Assembly: GCA_951406725.2 (NCBI GenBank)
Contig: OX597817.1
Coordinates: 117,820,001-118,068,000, forward strand
Reading direction: 5' to 3'
DNA length: 248,000 bases
Source: Octopus vulgaris
Lineage: Eukaryota
Part shown: positions 241,624 through 248,000 of the stretch, one piece after another
How the letters are laid out: every line of letters begins with the position of its first letter
Position numbering within the stretch: position 1 is the stretch's first letter
Made by a program: the position numbers and the translations under genes
The notes under the pieces: model-generated
Told to the model about the DNA's origin: nothing
The model's database searches: none
The model's input: the letters and a program-made list of their open reading frames with translations, nothing else

Positions 241624-242949
241624 CCAACACATTCATATGTGTGTGTGTGTGTGTGCTTTTAAAGAGACACTATGCAACTACACGCTCCCATCTTTAGCAA
241701 AACAATTATATATGCAAGGAAAAATTGATGACCGCATTGCACCACATACTGTATAGAGTCAGGTTTAATATGAAGTTAGACAACAACAACATATCCGTGA
241801 CTAATTACAAATACCGTTGTCTAATTAGCGAAGCACATAATTTAGACATTTAGAGTATAATATTCTATTTAGTTTATATGATTAACACCAAGAAACTTCA
241901 TAATTCATTGCATTGCTTCAAGAGCGTCTGGTATTTCTTTGACTGTATCCTACTTCTAGACACACAATAAGTTCGATCTTGTTCATCATATTTTGCTATA
242001 TCATTTGTTCAGTCTGTGAAGAATATAGGGTACGTTAATTAACATTCCTAATCCAAGAGAGAAAACTTGAAGCAGTATGTATATAATCGAAATGCTCAAT
242101 AAAAATAGAAAATAACGTTAACATTACCTTACATTTCAGAGAAATAAATATCCATTCCTAACCAGCGAATCTCAAATCAAAATTCTAACAAGCAGTAATT
242201 TGTCGGTTGTTTCGACTTACAAGAAGGCTTGGAATTATTTTCCGTCAAATCCCAACTTTCGAAATGGTGTTATTAGAGCATATAGCTTGTATTATAGTGC
242301 GCAGATGTGTGTGTGTGTGTATACATGCGTGTGTGTGTTTGTTAGTGCGTGTATGCATGTACGTATGCATACACAAGAGGCAGTATGCATGTACGTGTGC
242401 ATAGATAGTATTAAGTTCATTATTTGTGAGTGTACTCCTTGGATATATAACAGTGATAATTATATTCATGAAAAACGATAGAGCTTTCTCTGTGAAATTA
242501 CCCAGGCACCAGCTCACAGAGAAACATGAATTCACATATTCAAATCTTCAACCATACGCGCACAGATACATACAAGCATGCATTCATATGTCAGTGTGAT
242601 TGTAATTTATGTGACAGTGTGAGTCTTCGTGATCCTGCAAAATATATTTTTTTGTTAGGGGCATTCTAACAAACATGCAATGGCATATGGTGTGATAGTT
242701 TCCGGGGATAAAATCAAATGATCATTCACAAATTTTGTTCTGCACAGAATCTACCTATGTAGATATTTTTCCTTAGGTAAGTTGAAGTAATGTTGAAAAA
242801 TAAAAGAGAGAAGATATAATAAATAGTTTATGTATTTGTTTTGTAAGGGTTTGATGTGAAACCGTATGTTGCAACAGATATTGTTATACATGGGGATGAT
242901 CAAATTGAATAAGCAGAACAAGATTGGTCCAGGCCATGTCTAACATATA

Positions 242950-243162
242950 TATATATATATGTACAATATGCTAAATGTAGACCAAATATCGTGTCTACAT
243001 TTAGCTTATTGGATGTCCACTTAATGGTCATCCTTCTTACATGAATGTAATATAATTTTTCAAAATCTTCAGATTTTTCACTATACTAGGCTACTGGTTT
243101 AAATATTAACGAAATTAATATCAATTTATTACTCTTATTACTTAAACATACATATATATATT

Positions 243163-243197
<35 letters not shown>

Positions 243198-243484
243198 ATA
243201 TACTATAATACATTTATGTATGTTTGTATATATGTGTGGGTGTGCGTGTGTATGTATGTATATATATAGATTGATAGATAAAACTTACTTGGAAGAGGAT
243301 GCGTGGCGTTCAATCATATGACACTATATATATATATGTAAATATATATATATAGTGTCATATGATTGAACGCCACGCATCCTCTTCCAAGTAAGTTTTA
243401 TCTATCAATCTATATATATACATACATACACACGCACACCCACACATATATGTACAAACATACATAAATGTATTATAGCTATAT

Positions 243485-243519
<35 letters not shown>

Positions 243520-243716
243520 AATATATATATGTATGTTTAAGTAATAAGAGTAATAAATTGATATTAATTTCGTTAATATTTAAACCAGTAGCCTAGTATA
243601 GTGAAAAATCTGAAGATTTTGAAAAATTATATTACATTCATGTAAGAAGGATGACCATTAAGTGGACATCCAATAAGCTAAATGTAGACACGATATTTGG
243701 TCTACATTTAGCATAT

Positions 243717-243725
<9 letters not shown>
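242950..243725. repeat. Near-perfect ~780-bp palindrome centred on a TA tract
   Basis: gtacaatatgctaaatgtag...gacactatata mirrors tatagtgtc...catttagcatattgtac. Confidence 0.85.
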
Positions 243726-243765
<40 letters not shown>

Positions 243766-243780
243766 ATATATATATATATA

Positions 243781-244153
243781 CTAGCAGTATCGCCCGGCGT
243801 TGCTCAGGTTTGTAAGGGAAATAACTATAAAGCATCTTTAGAGAGTTATAGCCAAAAAATAGCAAAAAATGGAAAAAAAAATGATGGTAAATTTTTTTGA
243901 GAGTAAAAAGGTTGAGTTGCGTCCCCTAGACAGTCTGTGGTTTGTTTTTTTTATTCTCGACCCCATGTCGAATTTATCGATTTTTTTCAGAACTGGGGGA
244001 ACTTTTCAAAATTTTCGCTGCGTTAGTTTTGAATTATGACATTGGGCTATGCGTGTGTCAAGTTTCATCAGAATCGGTTGAAAGCCGTGGTCAGGGTGAG
244101 GGTACGAGAAAACAGACACACAGAAACATACAGACAAACTCCGTTTATATATA

Positions 244154-244155
<2 letters not shown>
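243781..244155 (-). mobile_element. Non-autonomous Helitron (~375 bp) sharing its 5' ~240 bp with the autonomous copy
   Basis: 243915-244155 closely matches 187157-187419; CTAG terminus with hairpin. Confidence 0.85.
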
Positions 244156-244184
<29 letters not shown>

Positions 244185-247100
244185 CGTATATACATAATTA
244201 TATGTACATGCTTATATCGATACGTATATATATATATATATATATAAATATGCATATGTGAGCACAGCACGTCATAAAGTGTGTACAACACAAAAATACG
244301 AAGTACGAGTACATGGAATATAAACTATTTTTTCGACCAACAAAAGACACAAATGGAACACTTTCGTTATCCTTTCTCTCTCTTATTCTTTTACGTCCAT
244401 GTCCCGCTATTGTATCCTATTACTCTGATATAAGAAAATTAATAAAATATCCACTTATATTGCCTTTAGTCGCTTAGATTATTAAAAATTTATTATATGC
244501 TATTAAATTAGTATATCATTAAAGTTGCCATCTATGTATCATACTTAATACATGCACACTATCGATTGGCCTGTCAACGTAGTATTTGTCCTGAGATAAC
244601 GTCTTTTATGGATTGTCATGTTAAAGACACAGAAGATATTAGAGACGAAACACCGTCCCAGCTGCTGCCAGCCTAAATGTCAAATGAATTGATTACAATA
244701 CATAACTATTATTAATACGTACCTACACCAATTGGCCATGCCGAATTTTAATTAACCAAGGCATTTTTGGAATGTTCTGATCAGTTTCTCTTCTCCTGGC
244801 GAATTCTCGCTTGTGCATGTGGCTGTTTGCAAATATGTATCATTAAAAAGCCCCAGTTAAGCCGAAATGCATCTAGCACCGTCATTAGCGATTGGTGATA
244901 TGAATGTTCGTCTCTCATTTTCTGTTATATCTATTGTATTTTTTTACAGAGCAGGTAGAGCTCTCCGGAAAAATACTGCAGTAACTGATATATCACCAGT
245001 TTGTATGCGTTAGGCACGTTGTGTGTGTGTGTATATGTGTGTGCGTGCGTTCTGTGTGTGTGCTTGTGTATGTACATATTTTTTAAATATAATTATAGAT
245101 GCACATACAATCGTATTTAATAATTGACTAAATCATATATAGTGCCAAAGGCATGTCCATATTTAGTTATTATTAACATTCTTAAAAGTTGTTCAAGTTT
245201 AAGTTGGTGTTAAATTATAACAATGTGTCTGGAAATGTTGCTAAACATCGTAATTTTTGTTCAAAACAATTATTTCAGGAATCGTATAATTTCCTAAAGG
245301 TAATTTAAAATAGATTATTTCTTGGATATGCTTTTAAATTTGCGACATGTCTGTATGTATGTATGTATGTGTTCGTTAGTAGATACCGTACTGGCTGATG
245401 GGCGTAAGCTATTCTCAGCTGATGGAGATGTATTTATTAGTTTTGTAAGGAAGCACAGTTGGTGGTAGCTAACTGTTTCTTCCAAAGAAAAGTAAGAGAA
245501 CATCAAGGAATTAAGAATTTACATGCTTACAGGGATGACTGTTCGTTATCTGCAGATAAACTGATCACTTACGACATGTTTACGTATTATTGTTTATCTA
245601 TTAGCTGAGCCTAATCAAACTTACTTTGGCCAGTGCAAAATTTATCGTGTTTTTTACATAGATACATTACGTTTTAAAGTATCTTGGCCTTTAGCAATTT
245701 GCATAATAAAAACTGGCAAATCATATAGCACATTTTAGCTAATGACATGCATTTAAATTTAAAGAAATAGCGGTGTACTAATGACATACAGAGAACTTCT
245801 CATTTAAAATTTAGTTCTTATTTGAAGAAAATATATAGAATACTAGTGGTACTAATTGTCACAAAGGGCGACCATTTTAGGCATAGGTTAATTAGTACAT
245901 GAAAGCATAACTCAAGTTCAAATTCATGCCATTGGTCCAAATGAGCTATTTCTATAGCTTGTTTTATTTTGTTATTAGAGAAAAGGAACAGCACTTTAGA
246001 GAAATGTACTGATGTAAATTATATTTTGCGATACAATGGATATTGTTTATATATATATATAAATGAAAATTCAGAATTTACGTTATAAAATATAGATGAG
246101 TTATCAAGAACGATATTATCTTAGCAAAATACTAAACTTACAGGCAACGTTTTGTGAGAGGAGTAAGTGAACATCAAATTTACCTGGATCAAAACTCGTT
246201 TAAAGAGGTTGGAATGCTAGTATAATATAACACAAAATATTTACAGGAAATGGAATACAGTCAAGAAAATTAGAGTTCATGATAGAGTTCATAATATATT
246301 AAGTATCTTGAGATCAGTTCAAATATGTTTGGGATAACTTATATGTTATATATGTTTGGTTAAATAGCATTTTCTCTACAGTTTGCTTTAGAGAAAATTC
246401 TTGCGTTAACGATAACTGTTAAAAGCACCACAGTCAGTCCATAGCATTTGCTATAGTAGATGCATTTCTTGCCTGTTACCGATCTTCAGTCCCGCTGTAC
246501 CGAACGAGACGTCAATAGCACTAGACCTTTCTCTGGTATACAAAGACTGATTTGAAGGTAAGCTTGCTCATATTACTGACGACACTGCAAAGAAGGTATT
246601 CCATTTCATATCATCATATTGTTAGGACTATGATTTACTTCGATTTTTCTACTTGAACATTTTCAAACAATGTTCACGTATTGTTATTGTTTTATTGTTG
246701 TTGTTTGTTTTTGTTGTTGTTGGGTTTGACCTGTTTCTGTTCTTGCTCTTGCTGTTATATATATTAATTCTACTGACACCTTACTTGCTGCAGATAAGAA
246801 TATATGTCTTACGCTGGAATATTAAGCTATGTTCGTGTACACTTGTGGTAACATATTAAGATACGGTTAATATTAGTCGAGAGTAGAATATTTAACGAAT
246901 ATAAGATTCCGACATTACAAAATAGGATTCTTGTCATGCTCATTTATTATTTACTAAAGTATGAGTTACTATTTTATGTTCAGGCTCTACAAGACAGACA
247001 ATATTGATTTTTCGCCGATCATTTATATCGACATTGGTACCATTTAGACAATGCATCGTTAGAGACGTACATACAGAGAACAAACCGATAAATGCTAAGT

Positions 247101-248000
247101 CCGGTTAGGATTCGAGAAAACGATGTCCTCTGTTAAACACCATTATCAAGTAATTCAATACTAGAAATCCTCGCTTATATTTCAGAATTATAAAGCATAT
247201 TTTTCCGTTGTTCAGATACACATGAAATATATATAATTTCGTGCAATCTTCATTTACTTTACATTGACGCTTTCTGTTCTATTCAAAGTAGAAATGGTAC
247301 CACTATAATTATAATTATAGCTAAATTCAACCGCTATATACATGTCAGTCCGATGCATTCATAAATGCCAGAATCTGCAAAGCTTCAGCCCATTAAAGAG
247401 GGGGAAATTTGAAAGAGAGCTTGCTGGTAGCAATAGTAATGCACAGAGTAAGACACACTGGCACACACATGTGTGTATTTGTGTGTATCTGTCTGCATTG
247501 CGTTCTCACAGTTTATAGTTGTATTTACAATATGTTCAGAAAATTCGTAGGCTTTGCAACATTAAACAGAGTTTTGACAGTGTCATAATACAGATGTGAT
247601 CTCCGAGTCCTTAGAATTCATATTACGAAATAGCATCCCCAGGAAGGACGTTATTTTACTTGTATTGACATGGGGGAGAAATCTTTTTTCTACCCCACTC
247701 TCCTTGATTGCATACCATTTGCTGATGCATTTTCTATGCCTCCAGACACACCTGGAATACCACTTTTTGCGACTTGCATATCCAGGTATTTATTTACAAT
247801 GATGTCATTAGTTAACCATGCTACCATAACAAAAATATTTTGCTCTTAACAATCGGAAGATATATTGGTCTGATATAGTTAATATACTTTTAGAATATAC
247901 TATCTAACAACTATCCTGCATTTATTGTCGGTCTTCAGTTTGACACACTCAAGAAAATTGTTATATTTTCGATACAGCAGTAGGGGATTCCTAGAGTCAT

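Noticed and set aside
243604-243635. CTGAAGA-TTTT-GAAA in the large palindrome
   Set aside because: No convincing stem I or stem III; likely a chance match in AT-rich DNA.

Overview
This is AT-rich, microsatellite-saturated eukaryotic DNA. The tRNA-derived SINE families (OK/OR-like) and the repeat landscape strongly suggest an octopus/coleoid genome; this is an inference, and the species is not determined. I cannot support any host protein-coding gene, so the window looks intergenic or intronic. Almost all long ORFs belong to transposons: (i) a near-intact 6.1-kb Helitron (181275-187419, minus strand) with TC/CTAG ends, a 3' hairpin and a Rep-helicase broken by one stop and one frameshift, plus many non-autonomous Helitrons; (ii) a near-full-length Penelope-like element (PLE, Neptune-like; 66367-71598, minus) with direct and inverted pseudo-LTRs, two truncated sister copies, a diverged second family and older PLE relics; (iii) CR1-group, RTE-like and R4/Dong-like LINE relics; (iv) mariner/Tc1 relics and MITEs; (v) many SINEs. 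The most interesting signal is non-coding: at least 8 distinct repeat families carry minimal type-I hammerhead-ribozyme (HHR) folds. Their cores differ (C3:G8, U3:A8 and A3:U8 covariation, U4C, A6U) and most have a palindromic stem III. Several lie in inverted (fold-back) pairs, and one is fused behind a tRNA-type Pol III head. All ribozyme calls are by-eye folds and none has been tested.
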